Assembly (NCBI GenBank): GCA_030618705.1
Contig: JAUXCW010000002.1
Span: 1 to 42,632 of the forward strand
Source: Gammaproteobacteria bacterium
Lineage (GTDB): Bacteria; Pseudomonadota; Gammaproteobacteria; Pseudomonadales; JAHEGP01
DNA length: 42,632 nucleotides
Reading direction: 5' to 3'
The translations under genes and the position numbers were made by a program. The notes beneath the pieces are model-generated. The model was not told the origin of the DNA. It did no database searches and saw only the letters and a program-made list of their open reading frames with translations. Each line of letters begins with the position of its first letter. Position 1 is the stretch's first letter. Below are positions 9,451-18,615 of this stretch, in pieces.

Positions 9451-9774
9451 ATGATTCGCCCAATCCTGATGGTGCTGCTGGGCGCCGCGGTATCGCTGCC
9501 CGCCCAGAGTGATGAAAGCTGGTCCGGTATTGTCAAAAAAGAGCCCCAGGGTGACTACACCCACTGGTTTATCGGCGACAGCCAGCTGAGCATGGACGAG
9601 GATACCCGGATTAAAATCCGTGTCGGCAGACTGGAAGTGGGTGCCTGTACCGATGTCGACAGTGACGGCGAGGCGATACGGAAGGTGACGACCCGCCCCA
9701 TGAGAAAATGCGACCATACCGACTACGAGGCGTACTTCGCCAGTTTCAAGGCACTGGGGGAGCAGGGGAGCTAG
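9451..9774 (+). CDS. Small secreted hypothetical protein (107 aa)
   Basis: Strong SD (AAGGAG) upstream of the ATG. N-terminal signal peptide [20 protein letters not shown], two Cys residues. No family recognised. Confidence 0.55.
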   Translation: MIRPILMVLLGAAVSLPAQSDESWSGIVKKEPQGDYTHWFIGDSQLSMDEDTRIKIRVGRLEVGACTDVDSDGEAIRKVTTRPMRKCDHTDYEAYFASFKALGEQGS

Positions 9775-10526
9775 TCTGCCTGTAAGGCCTGTCTTTTCTC
9801 TATTATCCGGCCGAAGAACAGGCCGGCTTCAAACAGTATCCACACGGGAATAGCCAGCAGTGTCTGGCTGATGATATCCGGTGGCGTCAGCAGCATGCCG
9901 ACGATAAAACACACGACGACGACGTAGGGGCGCTTCTTTGACAGTGCATCGGGGGTGGTGATGCCCGCGGCAATCAACAACACTGTGGCAACCGGAATTT
10001 CAAAGGCGATGCCAAAAGCGAAGAACAGCTTCATGACAAAATCCAGGTAGCTGTTGATATCGGTCATAATCGAAACGCCTTCCGGGCTGACACTGGAAAA
10101 GAAGGCAAAGATCAGCGGGAATACCACGTAGTAGGCAAAGGCCAGGCCGGCGTAGAACAGGCCGATACTGGAGACCAGGATGGGCATTGCCAGTCGTCTC
10201 TCACTGCTGTACAGGGCCGGCGCAATAAAACGCCATACCTGGTGCAGGATATAGGGCATGGCGAGAAACAAGGAGACGAACATGGTCAGCTTGAACGGGG
10301 CCAGGAAGGGAGAGGCCACCTCTGTGGCGATCATGGTCGCGCCTTCCGGCAGCAACTCGCGCAGGGGAGCGGAGACAAAGGCGTAGATGTCGTTGGCAAA
10401 ATAGAACAGGCCGATAAATACCACCAGCACCACCAGGATCGAGCGCAACAGGCGGTCGCGCAGCTCGGTCAGGTGGGCAACCAGGGGCATGGCCTGGTCC
10501 TGGTTGTCGGGCTCGGAATCGCTCAT
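9771..10526 (-). CDS. tatC: Twin-arginine translocase subunit TatC
   Basis: 251 aa polytopic protein. [18 protein letters not shown]... is the typical TatC N-terminus. The start overlaps the tatB stop (ATGA). Confidence 0.95.
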   Translation of the reverse strand: MSDSEPDNQDQAMPLVAHLTELRDRLLRSILVVLVVFIGLFYFANDIYAFVSAPLRELLPEGATMIATEVASPFLAPFKLTMFVSLFLAMPYILHQVWRFIAPALYSSERRLAMPILVSSIGLFYAGLAFAYYVVFPLIFAFFSSVSPEGVSIMTDINSYLDFVMKLFFAFGIAFEIPVATVLLIAAGITTPDALSKKRPYVVVVCFIVGMLLTPPDIISQTLLAIPVWILFEAGLFFGRIIEKRQALQAD

Positions 10527-10903
10527 AGGGGTTTGTCGGGCGGGTGCTGCTCGTCGGCGTCTTTGGGTGCTGCGTCGGCCTTCTCGCTTGATGATTTACC
10601 TATAGTGTTATCGATATCGAACTGCAAGTCTTGCAGGCTGGCGCGAACACTTTCCATATCATCGTTGATTTCCTTGCCGGCGTCACCGAGTTGCTTGAGG
10701 ATGGTGTCGTTGTGAAGGTCCTGATTGAAATCCGCGGTATTCAATTCTCGTTCGAGCTCGGTGCGAACCTCATTGAAGCTGCGGCGAATACGCCCCAGCC
10801 ACATACTGGCGGTGCGCAGTGCGCCGGGCAGGCGCTCCGGGCCTAACACCAGTAAGCTTATAACCGCGATGAGCAGCAGTTCTGTAAAACCGATATCGAG
10901 CAT
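10523..10903 (-). CDS. tatB: Twin-arginine translocase subunit TatB
   Basis: [26 protein letters not shown], the canonical TatA/B N-terminal TM helix plus hinge, located between tatA and tatC. Confidence 0.92.
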   Translation of the reverse strand: MLDIGFTELLLIAVISLLVLGPERLPGALRTASMWLGRIRRSFNEVRTELERELNTADFNQDLHNDTILKQLGDAGKEINDDMESVRASLQDLQFDIDNTIGKSSSEKADAAPKDADEQHPPDKPL

Positions 10904-10917
10904 AGGGCTACAGTTGT

Positions 10918-11136
10918 TTACTTGCTGTCGTCAAGGTCGGCGGTTTTCTGTTCGTCTGCCGACTCGTCTTTGCTGTCGCCCTCGGCGCCGGTTTCAGGAT
11001 CCATCGATTTACGGAAGCCCTTGATGGCGCCCCCCAGATCAGAGCCCAGGCTGCGTAAACGCTTGGTGCCGAATAACAGGACAACTATGGCGAGTACGAT
11101 CAGCAGTTGCCAGATACTAATGCCACCTAAGCCCAT
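10918..11136 (-). CDS. tatA: Twin-arginine translocase subunit TatA
   Basis: [45 protein letters not shown], the canonical TatA sequence. Confidence 0.93.
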   Translation of the reverse strand: MGLGGISIWQLLIVLAIVVLLFGTKRLRSLGSDLGGAIKGFRKSMDPETGAEGDSKDESADEQKTADLDDSK

Positions 11137-11149
11137 AAATCACCTCGTT

Positions 11150-11485
11150 CTATTTTCGTGTACGTGAGAGTTTCTCTTCAATCCCGGATCGACCGAACCG
11201 GCGATTCAATTCGTCCAGTACGCTGTCTGCCGATTCTCCAAGCGCGGTCAGCATGATCAGGCTATGAAACCACAGATCGGCGGTTTCATAGATTACATCC
11301 TGGTTATCCCCGCTATGACTCGCATCCTTGGCGGCAATAATAGTTTCCACACATTCCTCGCCGAGCTTTTCGAGGATTTTATTCAAACCCTTCTGGTGCA
11401 GGCTGGCGACATAGGACTGCTCGGCATCGGCCGCACCGATGCGCTGTTGGATGATTGTCTGCAGTTGCGCGAGTACGTCACTCAT
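11150..11485 (-). CDS. hisE: Phosphoribosyl-ATP pyrophosphatase
   Basis: Start at the ATG at 11485 ([15 protein letters not shown]...), overlapping the hisI stop. ...[19 protein letters not shown]...[13 protein letters not shown] is the HisE pattern. The listed start at 11545 is an extension into hisI. Confidence 0.92.
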   Translation of the reverse strand: MSDVLAQLQTIIQQRIGAADAEQSYVASLHQKGLNKILEKLGEECVETIIAAKDASHSGDNQDVIYETADLWFHSLIMLTALGESADSVLDELNRRFGRSGIEEKLSRTRK

Positions 11486-11889
11486 GGCTGCTTTCCGTAG
11501 ATTTCCCCGGGGGTTTTGATGACGCCGTCGGTTTCGCGCCAGCAATCGCTGTCCAGCTTGCGATAAAAACAGCTGCGACGACCAGTGTGGCAGGCGATAT
11601 TGCCCTCTTGCTCAACCCTTAACAGGATGACGTCGCTGTCACAGTCGAGTCTCAGTTCCACAACCCTCTGTGTGTGGCCGGATGACTCACCCTTGTGCCA
11701 GAGCTTTTGTCGGGAGCGAGACCAGTACACGGCCTCGCCGCCGCTGATCGTTTGAGCCAGCGACTGCCTGTTCATCCATGCCAACATCAGAATCTCGCCG
11801 GTTTGCCAATCCTGTGCGATTGCCGGCACCAGCCCCTCCGCAGTCCATGCGATTTCGTCGAGTACGGATTCCGTCACTTGCTCTCCCAT
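11482..11889 (-). CDS. hisI: Phosphoribosyl-AMP cyclohydrolase
   Basis: GLVPAIAQD...ILMLAWMN...[18 protein letters not shown]...DCDSDVILL...[10 protein letters not shown], canonical HisI. Confidence 0.95.
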   Translation of the reverse strand: MGEQVTESVLDEIAWTAEGLVPAIAQDWQTGEILMLAWMNRQSLAQTISGGEAVYWSRSRQKLWHKGESSGHTQRVVELRLDCDSDVILLRVEQEGNIACHTGRRSCFYRKLDSDCWRETDGVIKTPGEIYGKQP

Positions 11890-11922
11890 GGCCCAATTAT
11901 GGCACAGGGCGAGTATGCAGGG

Positions 11923-13566
11923 CTAACTTCTGAGGGCCAATACGAGAGCGAGTGCGAAGAGCAGCCAGGACGCCGTGGGCAGCTGGGCCAGTTGCTGCGC
12001 CAGCGCGGGCTTGGCCAGCAACACGGCACCGGCTATCGCGATGAGTGCCAGCCTGAGATTGCGGCGGCTCTTGTGCTGTGTGAGTTGATCCCGGGTGAGG
12101 TGCTCCAATTGGGTTTGCTGCAGCGACACAAGCTTGTTCATATCGCTGCCCTTATGCAAATTGCCCATCACCAGTTCAGGCAGTTGCGGCAGTTGCTCCA
12201 GCCACTGGGGCAACTGCTGGCGCAGTTGCTCCATCACGCCGGTTGGAGCGTAGCGTTCTTTCATCCAGTTATCGAGGAAGGGCTTGGCGGTTTGCCACAG
12301 GTCCAGCTCGGGATAAACCTCGCGACCCAGGCCCTCGATGGCGAGCAGGGTTTTTTGCAACAACACCAGGGATGGCTGGATCTCCATATCGAAGCGGCGG
12401 GCGGTCTGGAATAAATAGAGCAACAACTGGCCGAAGGATAGCTCCGCCAGCGGTTTTTCGAAGACCGGCTCGCAGGTCGAGCGCATGGCCGCCTCGAAAT
12501 CCTGCACCCGGGTCTGCGGGGGCACCCAGCCGCACTCGACGTGAAGCTGGGCAACCTGGCGGTAGTCCCGGTCGAAAATGGCGATCAGGTTGCGGGCGAG
12601 GTAGTAGCGGTCGAAGTCGCTGAGGCTGCCCATGATGGCGCAGTCGATGGCGATATACTGGGGTTGTTGCGGGTGCTCGCGGGAGATAAAAATATTGCCC
12701 GGGTGCATATCGGCGTGGAAGAAATTATCGCGGAATACCTGGGTAAAAAAGATCTCGACACCGCGCTCGGCGAGTAGCTTCATGTCGATGCCCTGGGCGC
12801 GAATCGCCTCTATGTCGGACACGGGAATACCGTCGATACGTTCCATGACCAGTACGTTGCGGCGGGTGTAGTCCCAGTGAATCTCGGGGATGTAGAGCAT
12901 ATCCGAGCCGAGGAAATTGCGCCGCAGTAGTGAGGTATTGGCCGCCTCGCGTTGCATATCCAATTCGTCAAAAATGGTGTGTTTGTAGTCCTCTACCACC
13001 TCTACCGGCCGCAGGCGCTTGCCGTCGGGCAGGTAGCGCTGCATCCAGTTTGCCATTACCAGCAGCAGGGCAATATCCTGGGTGATAACGGTTTCGATGT
13101 CGGGGCGCACGACCTTGACCACGACATCGAGGCCGCTGTGCAGTCTGGCGGTGTGTATCTGGGCAATCGAGGCTGATGCCAGTGGCTCGGCGTCGAATGC
13201 GGCGAAAAGTTCGTCGACCGGTTTGCCCAGGCTCTCCTCGACGATGGTGCGTGCCCTGGTCTGGTCGAAGGGCGGGACCTCGTCCTGCAGTTTGGCCAGC
13301 TCATCGGCTATGTCGGGGGGCAGCAGGTCGCGCCGGGTTGACAGCATCTGGCCGAATTTGATGAAAATGGGGCCCAGGTCCTGCAGCGACTCCCGGATAC
13401 GTACACCGCGGGAGTCCGGCGGTTCCGGCAGCAAGCGCAGGGGAGAGAGGCGTAGCAGCCAGTGCAGGGGGGGTGGTAATTTATTCCAGTCGAGGAGCAG
13501 GTCGAGGCGGTAGCGGGCGCTGACCGAGATGATGCGAAGCAGGCGAGGTACGGTATGCAGGCTCAA
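11923..13566 (-). CDS. ubiB: Ubiquinone biosynthesis regulatory kinase-like protein UbiB
   Basis: [36 protein letters not shown] and ASASIAQIH match E. coli UbiB closely. With a TTG start at 13566 the N-terminus (M)[25 protein letters not shown] aligns residue-for-residue in length with my remembered E. coli [26 protein letters not shown]. The listed extension to 13887 is Arg/Pro-rich off-frame-like sequence. Confidence 0.9.
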   Translation of the reverse strand: MSLHTVPRLLRIISVSARYRLDLLLDWNKLPPPLHWLLRLSPLRLLPEPPDSRGVRIRESLQDLGPIFIKFGQMLSTRRDLLPPDIADELAKLQDEVPPFDQTRARTIVEESLGKPVDELFAAFDAEPLASASIAQIHTARLHSGLDVVVKVVRPDIETVITQDIALLLVMANWMQRYLPDGKRLRPVEVVEDYKHTIFDELDMQREAANTSLLRRNFLGSDMLYIPEIHWDYTRRNVLVMERIDGIPVSDIEAIRAQGIDMKLLAERGVEIFFTQVFRDNFFHADMHPGNIFISREHPQQPQYIAIDCAIMGSLSDFDRYYLARNLIAIFDRDYRQVAQLHVECGWVPPQTRVQDFEAAMRSTCEPVFEKPLAELSFGQLLLYLFQTARRFDMEIQPSLVLLQKTLLAIEGLGREVYPELDLWQTAKPFLDNWMKERYAPTGVMEQLRQQLPQWLEQLPQLPELVMGNLHKGSDMNKLVSLQQTQLEHLTRDQLTQHKSRRNLRLALIAIAGAVLLAKPALAQQLAQLPTASWLLFALALVLALRS

Positions 13567-13733
13567 ACCCGGCGTCCCACCAGGCGCTCGAGCAAACTGC
13601 CCGGACGTTGTTGCTGGTATTGTTGCTGGCGTTGTTGCAGTGCCTCCAATCTGTCGACGGACCGGGTCAATTGAGCGATGGCGTCGTAGTGGTTCGGCAA
13701 CTGTGCGGTGTGGGTGGGGTTTTCGTCTGCCAT
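13563..13733 (-). CDS. Hypothetical 56-aa coiled-coil-like peptide, stop overlapping the ubiB TTG start
   Basis: Not in the ORF track (under 60 aa). The minus strand reads ATG(13733)...TGA(13565-13563): [56 protein letters not shown]. Its stop and the ubiB start overlap (GTTTGAGC). The SD is weak. Confidence 0.4.
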   Translation of the reverse strand: MADENPTHTAQLPNHYDAIAQLTRSVDRLEALQQRQQQYQQQRPGSLLERLVGRRV

Positions 13734-13811
13734 GGCGCCGGTCTCTGTCGCTCTGACTGTCAGGATTCGCCCATTGTAGCGATCCTGGGCCGTCGGCGCA
13801 TGTCCATCCTG

Positions 13812-14201
13812 TCAGAGTTTGAGTATCTGCACGGAGGGGTCCCGGCTCACGCCGGCACGGGCGAGCCGCTGCAGGTAATCGCTCCAATTGCTGTCGTATT
13901 CGCTGCCGAGCCGGTACAGGTAATCCCAGGCATATATCCCGGTGTCGTGACCGTCGTCATAGGACAACTGGATCGCATAGTTACCCACCGGTTCTACCCG
14001 CTCGATGGCGACGGCCTTTTTGCCCCATTGCAGTTCTTCCTGGCCGGCGCCATGGCCGCGGACCTCGGCGGAGGGAGAAAACACGCGCAGGTATTCCGCC
14101 GGCAGTTGCCACTGCCCGCCGTCGGCGTAATTTAATTCCAGTACCCGTCGCACGCGATGCAGTTTTATCGACAGGGGTCTTGGCGGTGACTCGTTGCTCA
14201 T
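13812..14201 (-). CDS. DUF971 (gamma-butyrobetaine hydroxylase-like N-terminal) domain protein
   Basis: 129 aa. [19 protein letters not shown]...[25 protein letters not shown] is the DUF971 pattern. Sits downstream of hslU, as I recall for pseudomonads. Confidence 0.8.
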   Translation of the reverse strand: MSNESPPRPLSIKLHRVRRVLELNYADGGQWQLPAEYLRVFSPSAEVRGHGAGQEELQWGKKAVAIERVEPVGNYAIQLSYDDGHDTGIYAWDYLYRLGSEYDSNWSDYLQRLARAGVSRDPSVQILKL

Positions 14202-14251
14202 CGTCGTGGGCTCAGTGTACTGAATGGGAACCCGGCAGAAGCGATCTGGCC

Positions 14252-15580
14252 CTATAAGATAAAGCGGCTCAGGTCGTCGTCCCGGTGTAGCTCCTGTAGT
14301 TTGTCGTCGACATAGGCGGTATCCACAAAGATGTGCTCGCCGCGGGAAGCAAGCTCCGAGGCGTCGAAAGAGGCCTCTTCAAGCAGGCGTTCCAGCACCG
14401 TATGCAGACGACGCGCACCGATATTTTCGGTGCGCTCGTTGACCTCCCAGGCGATTTCCGCAAGGCGCCTGATGCCGTCGTCGGCAAAGCGCAGCTCCAG
14501 CCCCTCGGTTGCCATCAGCTCTGTGTACTGGGTGGTGAGGCAGGCGTCCGGCTCGGTAAGGATGCGTTGGAAATCATCAGGGGTCAGGGCCTCGAGCTCG
14601 ACCCGGATGGGTAGCCGACCCTGCATTTCGGGAATCAGGTCCGAGGGTTTTGTGAGGTGGAACGCTCCGCTGGCGATAAACAGTATGTGGTCGGTTCGCA
14701 CCATGCCGTAGCGGGTACTGACGGTGCAGCCCTCGATCAGGGGTAGCAAGTCCCGCTGCACGCCTTCGCGGGATACATCGGGGGAGCCGGTATCGGCGCG
14801 TTTGGCGATCTTGTCGATTTCATCGAGAAAAACTATGCCGGTTTGCTCCGTGGCTTCCAGCGCCCGGGCCTTGATTTCGTCCTCATTGACCAGCTTGAGA
14901 GCCTCTTCGTCACAGAGTTTTTTCAGCGCCGCTTTGACCGTCAGGTGCTGGTTGGCGGTGCGCTTGTTGGCCATGTTGGAGAACATGCTCTGTAGCTGGT
15001 TGGTCATGTCTTCCATACCGGGGGGAGCCATGATTTCAACCCCCGGGGCATTGGCGCTGACTTCGATCTCGATTTCCTTGTCATCGAGCTCGCCCTCGCG
15101 CAATTTTTTACGGAAAATTTGCCGGGTCGAGGAATCTCCGTGGTCATCCTCCGCCCCGCGGGCGGGGGGCAGCAGTACGTCCAGAATACGCTCTTCAGCG
15201 GCATCCTCGGCGCGATGACGGACTTTCCGCGTTTCCTGTTCGCGCAGCTGTTTGATGGCGACATCCACCAGGTCGCGGACGATGGATTCAACGTCGCGGC
15301 CGACGTAGCCGACCTCGGTAAACTTGGTGGCTTCGATCTTGATAAAAGGTGCGTTGGCCAGTTTCGCCAGGCGCCGGGCGATTTCGGTCTTGCCGACACC
15401 GGTAGGGCCGATCATGAGAATGTTCTTGGGCGATATTTCCGCCCGCAGAGCCTCATCCAGTTGCATGCGGCGCCAGCGATTGCGCAGCGCGATCGCCACC
15501 GCCCGCTTGGCCTGGTGTTGGCCGACGATGTGTTTGTCCAGTTCGTGGGCGATTTCTCGAGGGGTCATTACTACAGACAT
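14252..15580 (-). CDS. hslU: ATP-dependent protease ATPase subunit HslU
   Basis: [34 protein letters not shown]...[21 protein letters not shown]...FLDEIDKI, canonical HslU. 442 aa. Confidence 0.97.
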   Translation of the reverse strand: MSVVMTPREIAHELDKHIVGQHQAKRAVAIALRNRWRRMQLDEALRAEISPKNILMIGPTGVGKTEIARRLAKLANAPFIKIEATKFTEVGYVGRDVESIVRDLVDVAIKQLREQETRKVRHRAEDAAEERILDVLLPPARGAEDDHGDSSTRQIFRKKLREGELDDKEIEIEVSANAPGVEIMAPPGMEDMTNQLQSMFSNMANKRTANQHLTVKAALKKLCDEEALKLVNEDEIKARALEATEQTGIVFLDEIDKIAKRADTGSPDVSREGVQRDLLPLIEGCTVSTRYGMVRTDHILFIASGAFHLTKPSDLIPEMQGRLPIRVELEALTPDDFQRILTEPDACLTTQYTELMATEGLELRFADDGIRRLAEIAWEVNERTENIGARRLHTVLERLLEEASFDASELASRGEHIFVDTAYVDDKLQELHRDDDLSRFIL

Positions 15581-15614
15581 GTCAGTGTGTTACTCCAACA
15601 AACGTATGGATAGC

Positions 15615-16160
15615 TCAGGAAGCGCTGTCCAGGGTTTCGACAGTGAGGTTGTGGTTGGTATAGATGCAGATATCCGCGGCAATATTAAGGCTTTTTTCAA
15701 CCACCTCAAGGGCGTCGAGTTCAGTATTATCCAGCAGCGCATGTGCCGCGGATTGGGCAAACGGTCCGCCGGAGCCGATGGCGATGAGACCACGCTCGGG
15801 CTCGATGACATCGCCGTTGCCGGAGATGATCAGCGAGGTGTTTTTATCGGCGATTGCCAACAGGGCTTCCAGTTGGCGCAGGGAGCGCTCGGTACGCCAG
15901 GCTTTGGCCAGTTCCACCGCCGCGCGTACCAACTGGCCCTGGTACTTCTCGAGCTGGTTTTCGAACAGCTCAAACAGGGTGAATGCATCGGCGGTGCCCC
16001 CGGCAAAGCCGGCAATCACTTTGTCCTGGTAGAGTCGGCGAACTTTACGGGCATTGCCCTTCATCACGGTGTTGCCCATGCTGACCTGGCCGTCGCCGCC
16101 GATTACGACCTTGCCGTTGCGACGCACGGAAAGAATGGTAGTGCCACGATATTGTTGCAA
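15615..16160 (-). CDS. hslV: ATP-dependent protease subunit HslV (with 6-residue N-terminal extension before the catalytic Thr)
   Basis: (M)[43 protein letters not shown]...[17 protein letters not shown] start with GGAGGA 8 nt upstream. There is no in-frame start codon directly before the Thr-Thr. Confidence 0.93.
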   Translation of the reverse strand: MQQYRGTTILSVRRNGKVVIGGDGQVSMGNTVMKGNARKVRRLYQDKVIAGFAGGTADAFTLFELFENQLEKYQGQLVRAAVELAKAWRTERSLRQLEALLAIADKNTSLIISGNGDVIEPERGLIAIGSGGPFAQSAAHALLDNTELDALEVVEKSLNIAADICIYTNHNLTVETLDSAS

Positions 16161-16233
16161 GGGGGCTTCCTCCGGGGTGGGGAAGTCCTATATGGGGGCG
16201 GCCGCGCGAGGATTCAACCCCTCCCCCTGTCAC

Positions 16234-16815
16234 TCAATCCGCTTTACGTTTGGTCACCAGGGTGTCGATTCCTTCGCCGCTGAGTGTATTGCGCACCGTG
16301 GCCAATTGCTTGGTCGAATGGTACGGGCCGGCTTGTACACGGTACCAGGATTTGCCCTGGTGCTTCACCTTCTCGATATTTGCCTCCATATCGAGGAGCA
16401 GCAATTGAATGCGTCGTTTTTCGGCCTCTTCCCGTCGCTGGAACGAACCCGCTTGCAGGTAGTAGCGGTAAGCGGTTTCGGCCTGCTTCGAGGGGCTGGA
16501 CTTTTCCGGATTTACCGTAGGCCTGGCGCGGCTGGGTTGCTTATCTGTGGATACCATGACCTCGCGCTGGGGCAGCAGCGTATAAAAATTGAATTCCACA
16601 TCGTCCTCGGCTGCGCTGTCGGCCCCGGTCTGCTGTTCCCCGGGTCCGGCGCCGGCGTCCCGTGGCAGTGCAGCGAGGTGAAACAACAAGCTTCCGAGGG
16701 CGCCGATGCACAGGCCGGTCGCGAGCCAGAGCCAGGGTGGCAACGAGGGTTTGCTTTTCTTGCGTGCATTTTGCTTGCGTTTGCGTGGCTTGCGCCGTAC
16801 ATAATCCTGCGTCAC
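16234..16815 (-). CDS. SPOR domain-containing membrane protein (septal peptidoglycan-binding, FtsN/DedD-like)
   Basis: Basic N-terminus plus a TM helix (LPPWLWLATGLCIGALGSLLF). C-terminal YYLQAGSFQRREEAEKRR...WYRVQAGPY is SPOR-like. The GTG start is immediately adjacent to the argS stop. Confidence 0.8.
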   Translation of the reverse strand: MTQDYVRRKPRKRKQNARKKSKPSLPPWLWLATGLCIGALGSLLFHLAALPRDAGAGPGEQQTGADSAAEDDVEFNFYTLLPQREVMVSTDKQPSRARPTVNPEKSSPSKQAETAYRYYLQAGSFQRREEAEKRRIQLLLLDMEANIEKVKHQGKSWYRVQAGPYHSTKQLATVRNTLSGEGIDTLVTKRKAD

Positions 16816-18501
16816 TTACATTTTCTCCGGTGCTGACACGCCAAGTAAATCCAGGCCGTTGTGGAGAATCTGGCGCACGGCCAGACTCAGTGAGAGCCGG
16901 GCATTGCGCAGTGCCGTATCATCGATAATCACTTTATGGTTGTTATAAAAACTGTGGAACTCACCGGCGAGTTCCCGCAGGTAGTTGGCGACCAGGTGCG
17001 GTTCGCACTCCCTGCAGGCCTTGCCGACCATCTCACCATATTGCCCCAGACGTTTGACCAGGGCTTTTTCATTGTCGTTGCTGAGCAGTGCCAGGTTTGC
17101 CAGGCCCTGTTCCCGGTTATATTGCAGTCCGTCCTGCGCCAGCTTGTCCATTACGCTGCAAACGCGCGCATGGGCATACTGAATATAGTACACGGGGTTG
17201 TCGTTGGAGCGGGATATCGCCAGGTCGATATCGAACACCAACTGCGAGCTCGGTGCCCGCGCGGCCAGAAAGTAGCGGGTGGCGTCCTGGCCAACCTCGT
17301 CGATCAGGTCTCGCAGGGTGACGTAACTGCCGGCGCGCTTGGAAATCTTCACCTCTTCGCCGCCGCGCATGACGGTGACCATCTGGTGCAGTACGTACTC
17401 AGGCCAGCCGGCGGGAATACCGAGTTCCAGCGCTTGCAGGCCGGCTCTCACCCGGGTGATGGTGCTGTGGTGGTCGGCGCCCTGCTCGTTGATCACACGC
17501 TTGAAACCGCGCTGCCATTTATCGACGTGGTAGGCGACATCCGGCACGAAATAGGTGTAGCCGCCCGCCGATTTGCGCATTACGCGGTCTTTGTCGTCGC
17601 CGAAATCGGTGCTGCGAAGCCAGAGCGCGTCGTCGCGCTCGTAGCAGTGCCCGCTATCGACCAGTTGCTGCACGGTTTGCTCGACCTGGCCGGTTTCATA
17701 GAGGCTGGATTCAAGTGTGTAGACGTCAAAGGCCACGCCAAAGGCTTGCAGGTCGACATCCTGTTCGCGCCTCAGCCAGGCCACTGCGAAATGGCGAATG
17801 GACTCGATATCCTCCGGGTCGGCGGCGCCCACCACATGTTGGTCTTCGGCATCGATGGTCCGGCCTGCCATATAGGCCTCGGCCACCTCGGCAATGTAAT
17901 CGCCGCGGTAACCGTCCACGGGCCAGCCGGGATCACCGGGGCCCAGCCCCTTGCAGCGGGATTGTACCGACAGCGCGAGATTGTTGATCTGCTGGCCGGC
18001 GTCGTTGTAATAAAATTCCCGCGTCACCTGCCAGCCGTTGAGCTCAAACAGGCGGCAGATGCAATCACCCAGTGCCGCGCCACGGCCATGACCTATATGC
18101 AGCGGGCCTGTGGGGTTTGCGGAGACGAATTCGACTTGTATCCTCTCGCCGGCCCCGTCGTCATTGGCCCCGTAGCGTGGCCCGGCGTGCAGAATATCGG
18201 CGATAACGGCGTTGCGGGCGTCCTGTGCGAGGAAAAAATTGATAAAGCCGGGGCCGGCTATCTCGACCTTGCTGATAACCCCGTTGTCCGGGATAGCCTC
18301 GATGATCAGCGCCGCCAGCTCCCTGGGTTTGCATTTGGCCGCTTTCCCCAGGGCCATGGCGAGGTTGGTCGCCAGGTCGCCATGGGCCCGATCGCGGGTG
18401 TTTTCCAGCTTGATCGTCGCGCTCGCGTCGGCTGGGAGTACTCCGTCGCGTTGCAATTGGCCGATGGCTTGTTCCAGTAGCTTGGCGAGTGCTTGTTTCA
18501 T
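16816..18501 (-). CDS. argS: Arginine--tRNA ligase
   Basis: 561 aa. [18 protein letters not shown] (HIGH motif) and a C-terminal anticodon-binding domain ending ...GVSAPEKM, typical ArgS. Confidence 0.97.
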   Translation of the reverse strand: MKQALAKLLEQAIGQLQRDGVLPADASATIKLENTRDRAHGDLATNLAMALGKAAKCKPRELAALIIEAIPDNGVISKVEIAGPGFINFFLAQDARNAVIADILHAGPRYGANDDGAGERIQVEFVSANPTGPLHIGHGRGAALGDCICRLFELNGWQVTREFYYNDAGQQINNLALSVQSRCKGLGPGDPGWPVDGYRGDYIAEVAEAYMAGRTIDAEDQHVVGAADPEDIESIRHFAVAWLRREQDVDLQAFGVAFDVYTLESSLYETGQVEQTVQQLVDSGHCYERDDALWLRSTDFGDDKDRVMRKSAGGYTYFVPDVAYHVDKWQRGFKRVINEQGADHHSTITRVRAGLQALELGIPAGWPEYVLHQMVTVMRGGEEVKISKRAGSYVTLRDLIDEVGQDATRYFLAARAPSSQLVFDIDLAISRSNDNPVYYIQYAHARVCSVMDKLAQDGLQYNREQGLANLALLSNDNEKALVKRLGQYGEMVGKACRECEPHLVANYLRELAGEFHSFYNNHKVIIDDTALRNARLSLSLAVRQILHNGLDLLGVSAPEKM

Positions 18502-18615
18502 GGTGTGTCGTTCATTCCGGCTGGCAATTTGTCGGCTCAGGGCGAGCTTGCACCCCGGGAAAGCGCGCGATTATCCCGCGCTGAGGCCCGCTTGCCAATC
18601 CACTTTTGGGCTTGT

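Noticed and set aside
13567-13887. N-terminal extensions of listed ORFs: ubiB to 13887, priA to 20967, DUF547 to 4832, hisE to 11545, typA from 1415, malic enzyme from 22449, rpmE from 20847, ALDH to 9290.
   Set aside because: The conserved N-termini of the respective families begin at internal start codons. The extensions are compositionally off-frame-like, overlap neighbouring genes, or cross palindromic repeats.
16936-18480. 514-aa ORF on the + strand, antisense to almost all of argS. Similar long antisense ORFs occur at 34365-35804 (479 aa, opposite gltB), 31972-33312 (446 aa, opposite aroB/aroK), 15324-16283 (opposite hslU/hslV), 8247-9068 (opposite the ALDH), 21399-22094 (opposite the nuclease), 1493-2254 and 3077-3886.
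   Set aside because: The opposite-strand genes have unmistakable conserved family motifs. The antisense translations are Arg/Ala/Gly/Pro/His-rich low-information sequence with no recognisable motifs, typical of stop-codon depletion in GC-rich DNA.
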